A program made the position numbers and the translations under genes. Below are positions 44,401 to 58,500 of a stretch of 64,000 bases of DNA, piece by piece (within the stretch, counting starts at the first letter, position 1; every line of letters starts with the position of its first letter). The notes below the pieces were generated by a model. The model was not told where the DNA came from and ran no database searches. It saw only the letters and a list, made by a program, of their open reading frames with translations. Where the stretch lies: assembly GCF_009914755.1 (NCBI RefSeq), contig NC_060939.1; one strand, written 5' to 3'. The DNA comes from the human T2T-CHM13v2.0 reference genome, Homo sapiens.

Positions 44401-47400
44401 TTCCATTCGAGTCCATTCCATTCGATGCCATTCCATTTGATTCTATTCCGTTAGTCTCCATTCAATTCCATTAATCTCCATTCCATTCCATTCTACTCCA
44501 ACTGATTCCATTCCATTCTATTCCTTTCCATTCCATTTCATTCCATTCCATTCCATTCCATTCCATTCCATTCGTGTCCATTCCACTCCAGTCCATTCCA
44601 TTCGTATCCATTCCATTCCAGTCCATTCCATTTGTGTCCACTGCATTCCATTCCACTCCATTCCATATTATTCCATTACACTCCATTCCATTCTATTACT
44701 TTCATTTCCATTCAATTCCATTCCATTTGATTCCATTCCACTCGGTTTCATTCCATTTGAGTCCACTCCATTCCATTCCATTCCATTCAGTTCCATTCCA
44801 TTCTGTTCCATTCCATTCCGTTCCATTACATTCCATTCCATTCGGTACCATTCCATATTGTTCCATTCGATTCCATTCGAATCCATTCCATTCCAGTCCA
44901 TTCCATTCGATTCCATTCCATTCATTTCAATTCCATTCCATTCCATTCCATTACATTCCACTTGATTCCTCTCCATTCCCTTCCACTGCATTCCGTTCGA
45001 TTCCATTCCATTGCATTGCATTCCATTCCATTGGATTGCATTCCATTCGATTCCATTCCATTCGAATCAATTACATAGCAATCCATTACATTCGAGTCTA
45101 TTCTCTTCCGTTCCATTCAATTTCGTTCCAATCCATTCGATTCCATTCCATTCGATTCCATTCCATACTATTGCATTCCATTCGATTACATTATATTCGA
45201 ATAAGTTCCATTCAAGACCATTTCTTTTGAGTCCATTCTATTTGAGTCCATTCCCTTTGATTCCATAACATTTGAGTCCATTCAATTCCATTCCTTCCGT
45301 TTCCATTCCATTTGATGCCATTCCATTCAATTCTGTTCTACTCGACTCCAATACATTCAATTCCATTCCATCCGATTCCATTACATTCTTTTCATTTCTT
45401 ATCCATTTCAAGCCATTCCACTCCATTCCATTCCACTCGTTTCCTTTCCATTCGAGTCCATTCCTCTCCAGTCCATTCCGTTCAATCCATTCCATTCCAG
45501 TCCATTCCATTCGAGTCCGTTCCATTCCAGTCCATTCCATTCGAGTCAATTCCATTCCATTCGATGTCTTTCCATAACGATCCATTCCATTCTATTCCTT
45601 TCGATTCCATTCCATTCTATTTCATTCCATTCGATTCCCTTCCATTGGACTCCTTTCCATTCGAGTGCCTTCCATTCCGTTCCATTTCTTTCCGTTCTGT
45701 ACGATTCCTACCGTTCGATTTCATTTTGTTCCAGTCCATTCCTTTCGCGTCCATTCCATTCCATTTCACTCCATTCGATTCCATTCCACTCGATTCCACT
45801 TCGTTCCATTTCATTGCATTCCATTCTATTCAACTCTATTGCCTTCCATTCCATTCCATTCGATTACATTCCATGCGATTCCATTCGAAATCGAATCAAT
45901 TACATTGCAAACCATTACTATTGAGTCCGTTTTATTCCAGTCCACTGCATTCTGGTCCATTCCATTTGATTCCATTCCATTCTATTCCATTCCATACAGT
46001 TGCATTCCATTGGATTCCATGCTATATCTATAAATTCAATTCGAGACCATTGCTTTTGAGTCCATTCTATATGATTCCATTCCATTCAAGTCCATTACAT
46101 TTGGTTAAATTCCATTCCATTCGGTTCAATTCCATTCCATTCCATTCCCTTCCATTCCATTCCAGTTGATATCAATCCATTCGATTCCATTCCATTCGAG
46201 CACATTCCATTCGAGTCCATTCCATTCGATGCCATTCCATTTGATTCTATTCCATTAGTCTCCATTCAATTCCATTAATCTCCATTCCATTCCATTCTAC
46301 TCCAACTGATTCCATTCCATTCTATTCCTTTCCATTTCATTCCATTCCATTCCATTCCATTCCATTCCATTCGTGTCCATTCCACTCCAGTCCATTCCAT
46401 TCGTATCCATTCCATTCCAGTCCATTCCATTTGTGTCCACTGCATTCCATTCCACTCCATTCCATATTATTCCATTACACTCCATTCCATTCTATTACTT
46501 TCATTTCCATTCAATTCCATTCCATTTGATTCCATTCCACTCAGTTTCATTCCATTTGAGTCCACTCCATTCCATTCCATTCCATTCAGTTCCATTCCAT
46601 TCTGTTCCATTCCATTCCGTTCCATTACATTCCATTCCATTCGGTACCATTCCATATTGTTCCATTCGATTCCATTCGAATCCATTCCATTCCAGTCCAT
46701 TCCATTCGATTCCATTCCATTCATTTCAATTCCATTCCATTCCATTCCATTACATTCCACTTGATTCCTCTCCATTCCCTTCCACTGCATTCCGTTCGAT
46801 TCCATTCCATTGCATTGCATTCCATTCCATTGGATTGCATTCCATTCGATTCCATTCCATTCGAATCAATTACATAGCAATCCATTACATTCGAGTCTAT
46901 TCTCTTCCGTTCCATTCGATTTCGTTCCAATCCATTCGATTCCATTCCATTCGATTCCATTCCATACTATTGCATTCCATTCGATTACATTATATTCCAA
47001 TAAGTTCCATTCAAGACCATTTCTTTTGAGTCCATTCTATTTGAGTCCATTCCCTTTGATTCTATAACATTTGAGTCCATTCAATTCCATTCCTTTCGTT
47101 TCCATTCCATTTGATGCCATTCCATTTAATTCTGTTCTACTCGACTCCAATACATTCAATTCCATTCCATCCGATTCCATTACATTCTTTTCATTTCTTA
47201 TCCATTTCAAGCCATTCCACTCCATTCCATTCCACTCGTTTCCTTTCCATTCGAGTCCATTCCTCTCCAGTCCATTCCGTTCAATCCATTCCATTCCAGT
47301 CCATTCCATTCGAGTCCGTTCCATTCCAGTCCATTCCATTCGAGTCAATTCCATTCCATTCGGTGTCTTTCCATAACGATCCATTCCATTCTATTCCTTT

Positions 47401-49967
47401 CGATTCCATTCCATTCTATTTCATTCCATTTGATTCCCTTCCATTGGACTCCTTTCCATTCGAGTGCATTCCATTCCGTTCCATTTCTTTCCGTTCTGTA
47501 CGATTCCTACCGTTCGATTTCATTTTGTTCCAGTCCATTCTTTCGCGTCCATTCCATTCCATTTCACTCCATTCGATTCCATTCCACTCGATTCCACTTC
47601 GTTCCATTTCATTGCATTCCATTCTATTCAACTCTATTGCCTTCCATTCCATTCCATTCGATTACATTCCATGCGATTCCATTCGAAATCGAATCAATTA
47701 CATTGCAATCCATTACTATTGAGTCCGTTTTATTCCAGTCCACTGCATTCTGGTCCATTCCATTTGATTCCATTCCATTCTATTCCATTCCATACAGTTG
47801 CATTCCATTGGATTCCATGCTATATCTATAAATTCAATTCGAGACCATTGCTTTTGAGTCCATTCTATATGATTCCATTCCATTCAAGTCCATTACATTT
47901 GGTTAAATTCCATTCCATTCGGTTCAATTCCATTCCATTCCATTCCCTTCCATTCCATTCCAGTTGATATCAATCCATTCGATTCCATTCCATTCGAGCA
48001 CATTCCATTCGAGTCCATTCCATTCGATGCCATTCCATTTGATTCTATTCCATTAGTCTCCATTCAATTCCATTAATCTCCATTCCATTCCATTCTACTC
48101 CAACTGATTCCATTCCATTCTATTCCTTTCCATTCCATTTCATTCCATTCCATTCCATTCCATTCCATTCCATTCCATTCGTGTCCATTCCACTCCAGTC
48201 CATTCCATTCGTATCCATTCCATTCCAGTCCATTCCATTTGTGTCCACTGCATTCCATTCCACTCCATTCCATATTATTCCATTACACTCCATTCCATTC
48301 TATTACTTTCATTTCCATTCAATTCCATTCCATTTGATTCCATTCCACTCGGTTTCATTCCATTTGAGTCCACTCCATTCCATTCCATTCCATTCAGTTC
48401 CATTCCATTCTGTTCCATTCCATTCCGTTCCATTACATTCCATTCCATTCGGTACCATTCCATATTGTTCCATTCGATTCCATTCGAATCCATTCCATTC
48501 CAGTCCATTCCATTCGATTCCATTCCATTCATTTCAATTCCATTCCATTCCATTCCATTACATTCCACTTGATTCCTCTCCATTCCCTTCCACTGCATTC
48601 CGTTCGATTCCATTCCATTGCATTGCATTCCATTCCATTGGATTGCATTCCATTCGATTCCATTCCATTCGTATCAATTACATAGCAATCCATTACATTC
48701 GAGTCTATTCTCTTCCGTTCCATTCGATTTCGTTCCAATCCATTCGATTCCATTCCATTCGATTCCATTCCATACTATTGCATTCCATTCGATTACATTA
48801 TATTCGAATAAGTTCCATTCAAGACCATTTCTTTTGAGTCCATTCTATTTGAGTCCATTCCCTTTGATTCCATAACATTTGAGTCCATTCAATTCCATTC
48901 CTTTCGTTTCCATTCCATTTGATGCCATTCCATTCAATTCTGTTCTACTCGACTCCAATACATTCAATTCCATTCCATCCGATTCCATTACATTCTTTTC
49001 ATTTCTTATCCATTTCAAGCCATTCCACTCCATTCCATTCCACTCGTTTCCTTTCCATTCGAGTCCATTCCTCTCCAGTCCATTCCGTTCAATCCATTCC
49101 ATTCCAGTCCATTCCATTCGAGTCCGTTCCATTCCAGTCCATTCCATTCGAGTCAATTCCATTCCATTCGATGTCTTTCCATAACGATCCATTGCATTCT
49201 ATTCCTTTCGATTCCATTCCATTCTATTTCATTCCATTCGATTCCCTTCCATTGGACTCCTTTCCATTCGAGTGCATTCCATTCCGTTCCATTTCTTTCC
49301 GTTCTGTACGATTCCTACCGTTCGATTTCATTTTGTTCCAGTCCATTCTTTCGCGTCCATTCATTCCATTTCACTCCATTCGATTCCATTCCACTCGATT
49401 CCACTTCGTTCCATTTCATTGCATTCCATTCTATTCAACTCTATTGCCTTCCATTCCATTCCATTCGATTACATTCCATGCGATTCCATTCGAAATCGAA
49501 TCAATTACATTGCAATCCATTACTATTGAGTCCGATTTATTCCAGTCCACTGCATTCTGGTCCATTCCATTTGATTCCATTCCATTCTATTCCATTCCAT
49601 ACAGTTGCATTCCATTGGATTCCATGCTATATCTATAAATTCAATTCGAGACCATTGCTTTTGAGTCCATTCTATATGATTCCATTCCATTCAAGTCCAT
49701 TACATTTGGTTCAATTCCATTCCATTCCATTCCCTTTCATTCCATTCCATTTGATATCAATCCATTCGATTCCATTCCATTCGAGCACATTCCATTCGAG
49801 TCCATTCCATTCGATGCCATTCCATTTGATTCTATTCCATTAGTCTCCATTCAATTCCATTAATCTCCATTCCATTCCATTCTACTCCAACTGATTCCAT
49901 TCCATTCTATTCCTTTCCATTCCATTTCATTCCATTCCATTCCATTTCATTCCATTCCATTCCATTC

Positions 49968-50487
49968 GTGTCCATTCCACTCCAGTCCATTCCATTCGTG
50001 TCCATTCCATTCCAGTCCATTCCATTTGTGTCCACTGCATTCCATTCCACTCCATTCCATATTATTCCATTACACTCCATTCCATTCTATTACTTTCATT
50101 TCCATTCAATTCCATTCCATTTGATTCCATTCCACTCGGTTTCATTCCATTTGAGTCCACTCCATTCCATTCCATTAAATTCCATTCAGTTCCATTCCAT
50201 TCCGTTCCATTCCATTCCATTCCATTCCTGTCCATTCCACTCCAGTCCATTCCATTCGTATCCATTCCATTCCAGTCCATTCCATTTGTGTCCACTGCAT
50301 TCCATTCCACTCCATTCCATATTATTCCATTACACTCCATTCCATTCTATTACTTTCATTTCCATTCAATTCCATTCCATTTGATTCCATTCCACTCGGT
50401 TTCATTCCATTTGAGTCCACTCCATTCCATTCCATTCCATTCAGTTCCATTCCATTCTGTTCCATTCCATTCCGTTCCATTACATTC
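49968..50487 (+). repeat. 260-bp internal direct repeat, first occurrence
   Basis: The segment starting GTGTCCATTCCACTCCAG at 49968 restarts as CTGTCCATTCCACTCCAG at 50228. 1787+260=2047. Confidence 0.9.
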
Positions 50488-52014
50488 CATTCCATTCGGT
50501 ACCATTCCATATTGTTCCATTCGATTCCATTCGAATCCATTCCATTCCAGTCCATTCCATTCGATTCCATTCCATTCATTTCAATTCCATTCCATTCCAT
50601 TCCATTACATTCCACTTGATTCCTCTCCATTCCCTTCCACTGCATTCCGTTCGATTCCATTCCATTGCATTGCATTCCATTCCATTGGATTGCATTCCAT
50701 TCGATTCCATTCCATTCGTATCAATTACATAGCAATCCATTACATTCGAGTCTATTCTCTTCCGTTCCATTCGATTTCGTTCCAATCCATTCGATTCCAT
50801 TCCATTCGATTCCATTCCATACTATTGCATTCCATTCGATTACATTATATTCGAATAAGTTCCATTCAAGACCATTTCTTTTGAGTCCATTCTATTTGAG
50901 TCCATTCCCTTTGATTCCATAACATTTGAGTCCATTCAATTCCATTCCTTTCGTTTCCATTCCATTTGATGCCATTCCATTCAATTCTGTTCTACTCGAC
51001 TCCAATACATTCAATTCCATTCCATCCGATTCCATTACATTCTTTTCATTTCTTATCCATTTCAAGCCATTCCACTCCATTCCATTCCACTCGTTTCCTT
51101 TCCATTCGAGTCCATTCCTCTCCAGTCCATTCCGTTCAATCCATTCCATTCCAGTCCATTCCATTCGAGTCCGTTCCATTCCAGTCCATTCCATTCGAGT
51201 CAATTCCATTCCATTCGATGTCTTTCCATAACGATCCATTGCATTCTATTCCTTTCGATTCCATTCCATTCTATTTCATTCCATTCGATTCCCTTCCATT
51301 GGACTCCTTTCCATTCGAGTGCATTCCATTCCGTTCCATTTCTTTCCGTTCTGTACGATTCCTACCGTTCGATTTCATTTTGTTCCAGTCCATTCTTTCG
51401 CGTCCATTCATTCCATTTCACTCCATTCGATTCCATTCCACTCGATTCCACTTCGTTCCATTTCATTGCATTCCATTCTATTCAACTCTATTGCCTTCCA
51501 TTCCATTCCATTCGATTACATTCCATGCGATTCCATTCGAAATCGAATCAATTACATTGCAATCCATTACTATTGAGTCCGATTTATTCCAGTCCACTGC
51601 ATTCTGGTCCATTCCATTTGATTCCATTCCATTCTATTCCATTCCATACAGTTGCATTCCATTGGATTCCATGCTATATCTATAAATTCAATTCGAGACC
51701 ATTGCTTTTGAGTCCATTCTATATGATTCCATTCCATTCAAGTCCATTACATTTGGTTCAATTCCATTCCATTCCATTCCCTTTCATTCCATTCAATTTG
51801 ATATCAATCCATTCGATTCCATTCCATTCGAGCACATTCCATTCGAGTCCATTCCATTCGATGCCATTCCATTTGATTCTATTCCATTAGTCTCCATTCA
51901 ATTCCATTAATCTCCATTCCATTCCATTCTACTCCAGCTGATTCCATTCCATTCTATTCCTTTCCATTCCATTTCATTCCATTCCATTCCATTTCATTCC
52001 ATTCCATTCCATTC

Positions 52015-52534
52015 GTGTCCATTCCACTCCAGTCCATTCCATTCGTGTCCATTCCATTCCAGTCCATTCCATTTGTGTCCACTGCATTCCATTCCACTCC
52101 ATTCCATATTATTCCATTACACTCCATTCCATTCTATTACTTTCATTTCCATTCAATTCCATTCCATTTGATTCCATTCCACTCGGTTTCATTCCATTTG
52201 AGTCCACTCCATTCCATTCCATTAAATTCCATTCAGTTCCATTCCATTCCGTTCCATTCCATTCCATTCCATTCCTGTCCATTCCACTCCAGTCCATTCC
52301 ATTCGTATCCATTCCATTCCAGTCCATTCCATTTGTGTCCACTGCATTCCATTCCACTCCATTCCATATTATTCCATTACACTCCATTCCATTCTATTAC
52401 TTTCATTTCCATTCAATTCCATTCCATTTGATTCCATTCCACTCGGTTTCATTCCATTTGAGTCCACTCCATTCCATTCCATTCCATTCAGTTCCATTCC
52501 ATTCTGTTCCATTCCATTCCGTTCCATTACATTC
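52015..52534 (+). repeat. 260-bp internal direct repeat, second occurrence
   Basis: Same structure and junction as 49968-50487, shifted by 2047 bp (restart at 52275). Confidence 0.9.
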
Positions 52535-55500
52535 CATTCCATTCGGTACCATTCCATATTGTTCCATTCGATTCCATTCGAATCCATTCCATTCCAGTCC
52601 ATTCCATTCGATTCCATTCCATTCATTTCAATTCCATTCCATTCCATTCCATTACATTCCACTTGATTCCTCTCCATTCCCTTCCACTGCATTCCGTTCG
52701 ATTCCATTCCATTGCATTGCATTCCATTCCATTGGATTGCATTCCATTCGATTCCATTCCATTCGTATCAATTACATAGCAATCCATTACATTCGAGTCT
52801 ATTCTCTTCCGTTCCATTCGATTTCGTTCCAATCCATTCGATTCCATTCCATTCGATTCCATTCCATACTATTGCATTCCATTCGATTACATTATATTCG
52901 AATAAGTTCCATTCAAGACCATTTCTTTTGAGTCCATTCTATTTGAGTCCATTCCCTTTGATTCCATAACATTTGAGTCCATTCAATTCCATTCCTTTCG
53001 TTTCCATTCCATTTGATGCCATTCCATTCAATTCTGTTCTACTCGACTCCAATACATTCAATTCCATTCCATCCGATTCCATTACATTCTTTTCATTTCT
53101 TATCCATTTCAAGCCATTCCACTCCATTCCATTCCACTCGTTTCCTTTCCATTCGAGTCCATTCCTCTCCAGTCCATTCCGTTCAATCCATTCCATTCCA
53201 GTACATTCCATTCGAGTCCGTTCCATTCCAGTCCATTCCATTCGAGTCAATTCCATTCCATTCGATGTCTTTCCATAACGATCCATTCCATTCTATTCCT
53301 TTCGATTCCATTCCATTCTATTTCATTCCATTCGATTCCCTTCCATTGGACTCCTTTCCATTCGAGTGCATTCCATTCCGTTCCATTTCTTTCCGTTCTG
53401 TACGATTCCTACCGTTCGATTTCATTTTGTTCCAGTCCATTCTTTCGCGTCCATTCATTCCATTTCACTCCATTCGATTCCATTCCACTCGATTCCACTT
53501 CGTTCCATTTCATTGCATTCCATTCTATTCAACTCTATTGCCTTCCATTCCATTCCATTCGATTACATTCCATGCGATTCCATTCGAAATCGAATCAATT
53601 ACATTGCAATCCATTACTATTGAGTCCGATTTATTCCAGTCCACTGCATTCTGGTCCATTCCATTTGATTCCATTCCATTCTATTCCATTCCATACAGTT
53701 GCATTCCATTGGATTCCATGCTATATCTATAAATTCAATTCGAGACCATTGCTTTTGAGTCCATTCTATATGATTCCATTCCATTCAAGTCCATTACATT
53801 TGGTTCAATTCCATTCCATTCCATTCCCTTCCATTCCATTCCATTTGTTATCAATCCATTCGATTCCATTCCATTCGAGCACATTCCATTCGAGTCCATT
53901 CCATTCGATGCCATTCCATTTGATTCTATTCCATTAGTCTCCATTCAATTCCATTAATCTCCATTCCATTCCATTCTACTCCAACTGATTCCATTACATT
54001 CTATTCCTTTCCATTCCATTTCATTCCATTCCATTCCATTCCATTCCATTCGCTTCCATTCCATTCATGTCCATTGCATTCCAGTCCATTCCATTTGTGT
54101 CCACTGCATTCCATTCCACTCCATTCCATATTATTCCATTACACTCCATTCCATTCTATTACTTTCATTTCCATTGAATTCCATTCCATTTGATTCCATT
54201 CCACTCGGTTTCATTCCATTTGAGTCCACTCCACTCCATTCCATTCCATTCCATTCCATTCAGTTCCATTCCATTCTGTTCCATTCCATTCCGTTCCATT
54301 GCATTCCATTCCATTCGGTACCATTCCATATTGTTCCATTCGATTCCATTCGAATCCATTCCATTCCAGTCCATTCCATTCGATTCCATTCCATTCCTTT
54401 CAATTCTATTCCATTCCATTCCATTCCACTTGATTCCACTCCATTCCCTTCCACTGCATTCCATTGCATTGCATTCCATTCCATTGGACTGCATTCCATT
54501 CGATTCCATTCCATTCGAATCAATTACATAGCAATCCATTACATTCGAGTCTATTCTATTCCGTTCCATTCGATTTCGTTCCAATCCATTCGATTCCATT
54601 CCATTCGATTCCATTCCATACTATTGCATTCCATTCGATTACATTATATTCGAATAAGTTCCATTCAAGACCATTTCTTTTGAGTCCATTCTATTTGAGT
54701 CCATTCCCTTTGATTCCATAACATTTGAGTCCATTCAATTCCATTCCTTTCGTTTCCATTCCATTTGATGCCATTCCATTCAATTCTGTTCTACTCGACT
54801 CCAATACATTCAATTCCATTCCATCCGATTCCATTACATTCTTTTCATTTCTTATCCATTTCAAGCCATTCCACTCCATTCCATTCCACTCGTTTCCTTT
54901 CCATTCGAGTCCATTCCTCTCCAGTCCATTCCGTTCAATCCATTCCATTCCAGTCCATTCCATTCGAGTCCGTTCCATTCCAGTCCATTCCATTCGAGTC
55001 AATTCCATCCCATTCGATGTCTTTCCATAACGATCCATTCCATTCTATTCCTTTCGATTCCATTCCATTCTATTTCATTCCATTCGATTCCCTTCCATTG
55101 GACTCCTTTCCATTCGAGTGCATTCCATTCCGTTCCATTTCTTTCCGTTCTGTACGATTCCTACCGTTCGATTTCATTTTCTTCCAGTCCATTCTTTCGC
55201 GTCCATTCCATTCCATTTCACTCCATTCGATTCCATTCCACTCGATTCCACTTCGTTCCATTTCATTGCATTCCATTCTATTCAACTCTATTGCCTTCCA
55301 TTCCATTCCATTCGATTACATTTCTTGCGATTCCATTCGAAATCAAATCAATTACATTGCAATCCATTACTATTGAGTCCGTTTTATTCCAGTCCACTGC
55401 ATTCTGGTCCATTCCATTTGATTCCATTCCATTCTATTCCATTCCATACAGTTGCATTCCATTGGATTCCATGCTATATCTATAAATTCAATTCGAGACC

Positions 55501-58500
55501 ATTGCTTTTGAGTCCATTCTATATGATTCCATTCCATTCAAGTCCATTACATTTGGTTAAATTCCATTCCATTCGGTTCAATTCCATTCCATTCCATTCC
55601 CTTCCATTCCATTCCAGTTGATATCAATCCATTCGATTCCATTCCATTCGAGTACATTCCATTCGAGTCCATTCCATTCGATGCCATTCCATTTGATTCT
55701 ATTCCATTAGTCTCCATTCAATTCCATTAATCTCCATTCCATTCCATTCTACTCCAACTGATTCCATTCCATTCTATTCCTTTCCATTCCATTTCATTCC
55801 ATTCCATTCCATTCCATTCCATTCCATTCCATTCGTGTCCATTCCACTCCAGTCCATTCCATTCGTATCCATTCCATTCCAGTCCATTCCATTTGTGTCC
55901 ACTGCATTCCATTCCACTCCATTCCATATTATTCCATTACACTCCATTCCATTCTATTAATTTCATTTCCATTCAATTCCATTCCATTTGATTCCATTCC
56001 ACTCGGTTTCATTCCATTTGAGTCCACTCCATTCCATTCCATTCCATTCAGTTCCATTCCATTCTGTTCCATTCCATTCCGTTCCATTACATTCCATTCC
56101 ATTCGGTACCATTCCATATTGTTCCATTCGATTCCATTCGAATCCATTCCATTCCAGTCCATTCCATTCGATTCCATTCCATTCATTTCAATTCCATTCC
56201 ATTCCATTCCATTCCATTACATTCCACTTGATTCCTCTCCATTCCCTTCCACTGCATTCCGTTCGATTCCATTCCATTGCATTGCATTCCATTCCATTGG
56301 ATTGCATTCCATTCGATTCCATTCCATTCGAATCAATTACATAGCAATCCATTACATTCGAGTCTATTCTCTTCCGTTCCATTCGATTTCGTTCCAATCC
56401 ATTCGATTCCATTCCATTCGATTCCATTCCATACTATTGCATTCCATTCGATTACATTATATTCGAATAAGTTCCATTCAAGACCATTTCTTTTGAGTCC
56501 ATTCTATTTGAGTCCATTCCCTTTGATTCCATAACATTTGAGTCCATTCAATTCCATTCCTTTCGTTTCCATTCCATTTGATGCCATTCCATTCAATTCT
56601 GTTCTACTCGACTCCAATACATTCAATTCCATTCCATCCGATTCCATTACATTCTTTTCATTTCTTATCCATTTCAAGCCATTCCACTCCATTCCATTCC
56701 ACTCGTTTCCTTTCCATTCGAGTCCATTCCTCTCCAGTCCATTCCGTTCAATCCATTCCATTCCAGTCCATTCCATTCGAGTCCGTTCCATTCCAGTCCA
56801 TTCCATTCGAGTCAATTCCATTCCATTCGATGTCTTTCCATAACGATCCATTCCATTCTATTCCTTTCGATTCCATTCCATTCTATTTCATTCCATTCGA
56901 TTCCCTTCCATTGGACTCCTTTCCATTCGAGTGCATTCCATTCCGTTCCATTTCTTTCCGTTCTGTACGATTCCTACCGTTCGATTTCATTTTGTTCCAG
57001 TCCATTCTTCCGCGTCCATTCCATTCCATTTCACTCCATTCGATTCCATTCCACTCGATTCCACTTCGTTCCATTTCATTGCATTCCATTCTATTCAACT
57101 CTATTGCCTTCCATTCCATTCCATTCGATTACATTCCATGCGATTCCATTCGAAATCGAATCAATTACATTGCAATCCATTACTATTGAGTCCGTTTTAT
57201 TCCAGTCCACTGCATTCTGGTCCATTCCATTTGATTCCATTCCATTCTATTCCATTCCATACAGTTGCATTCCATTGGATTCCATGCTATATCTATAAAT
57301 TCAATTCGAGACCATTGCTTTTGAGTCCATTCTATATGATTCCATTCCATTCAAGTCCATTACATTTGGTTAAATTCCATTCCATTCGGTTCAATTCCAT
57401 TCCATTCCATTCCCTTCCATTCCATTCCAGTTGATATCAATCCATTCGATTCCATTCCATTCGAGCACATTCCATTCGAGTCCATTCCATTCGATGCCAT
57501 TCCATTTGATTCTATTCCATTAGTCTCCATTCAATTCCATTAATCTCCATTCCATTCCATTCTACTCCAACTGATTCCATTCCATTCTATTCCTTTTTAT
57601 TCCATTTCATTCCATTCCATTCCATTCCATTCCATTCCATTCGTGTCCATTCCACTCCAGTCCATTCCATTCGTATCCATTCCATTCCAGTCCATTCCAT
57701 TTGTGTCCACTGCATTCCATTCCACTCCATTCCATATTATTCCATTACACTCCATTCCATTCTATTACTTTCATTTCCATTCAATTCCATTCCATTTGAT
57801 TCCACTCCACTCGGTTTCATTCCATTTGAGGCCACTCCATTCCATTCCATTCCATTCAGTTCCATTCCATTCTGTTCCATTCCATTCCGTTCCATTACAT
57901 TCCATTCCATTCGGTACCATTCCATATTGTTCCATTCGATTCCATTCGAATCCATTCCATTCCAGTCCATTCCATTCGATTCCATTCCATTCATTTCAAT
58001 TCAATTCCATTCCATTCCATTACATTCCACTTGATTCCTCTCCATTCCATTCCACTGCATTCCGTTCGATTCCATTCCATTGCATTACATTCCATTCCAT
58101 TGGATTGCATTCCATTCGATTCCATTCCATTCGAATCAATTACATAGCAATCCATTACATTCGAGTCTATTCTCTTCCGTTCCATTCGATTTCGTTCCAA
58201 TCCATTCGATTCCATTCCATTCGATTCCATTCCATACTATTGCATTCCATTCGATTACATTATATTCGAATAAGTTCCATTCAAGACCATTTCTTTTGAG
58301 TCCATTCTATTTGAGTCCATTCCCTTTGATTCCATAACATTTGAGTCCATTCAATTCCATTCCTTTCGTTTCCATTCCATTTGATGCCATTCCATTCAAT
58401 TCTGTTCTACTCGACTCCAATACATTCAATTCCATTCCATCCGATTCCATTACATTCTTTTCATTTCTTATCCATTTCAAGCCATTCCACTCCATTCCAT

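Larger units (their letters stand above)
48181..53950 (+). repeat. Variant 2047-bp period block (~2.5-3 copies)
   Basis: Markers recur 2047 bp apart: T at 48672/50719/52766, A at 49535/51582/53629, and the TTAAAT junction at 50177/52224. Confidence 0.92.
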
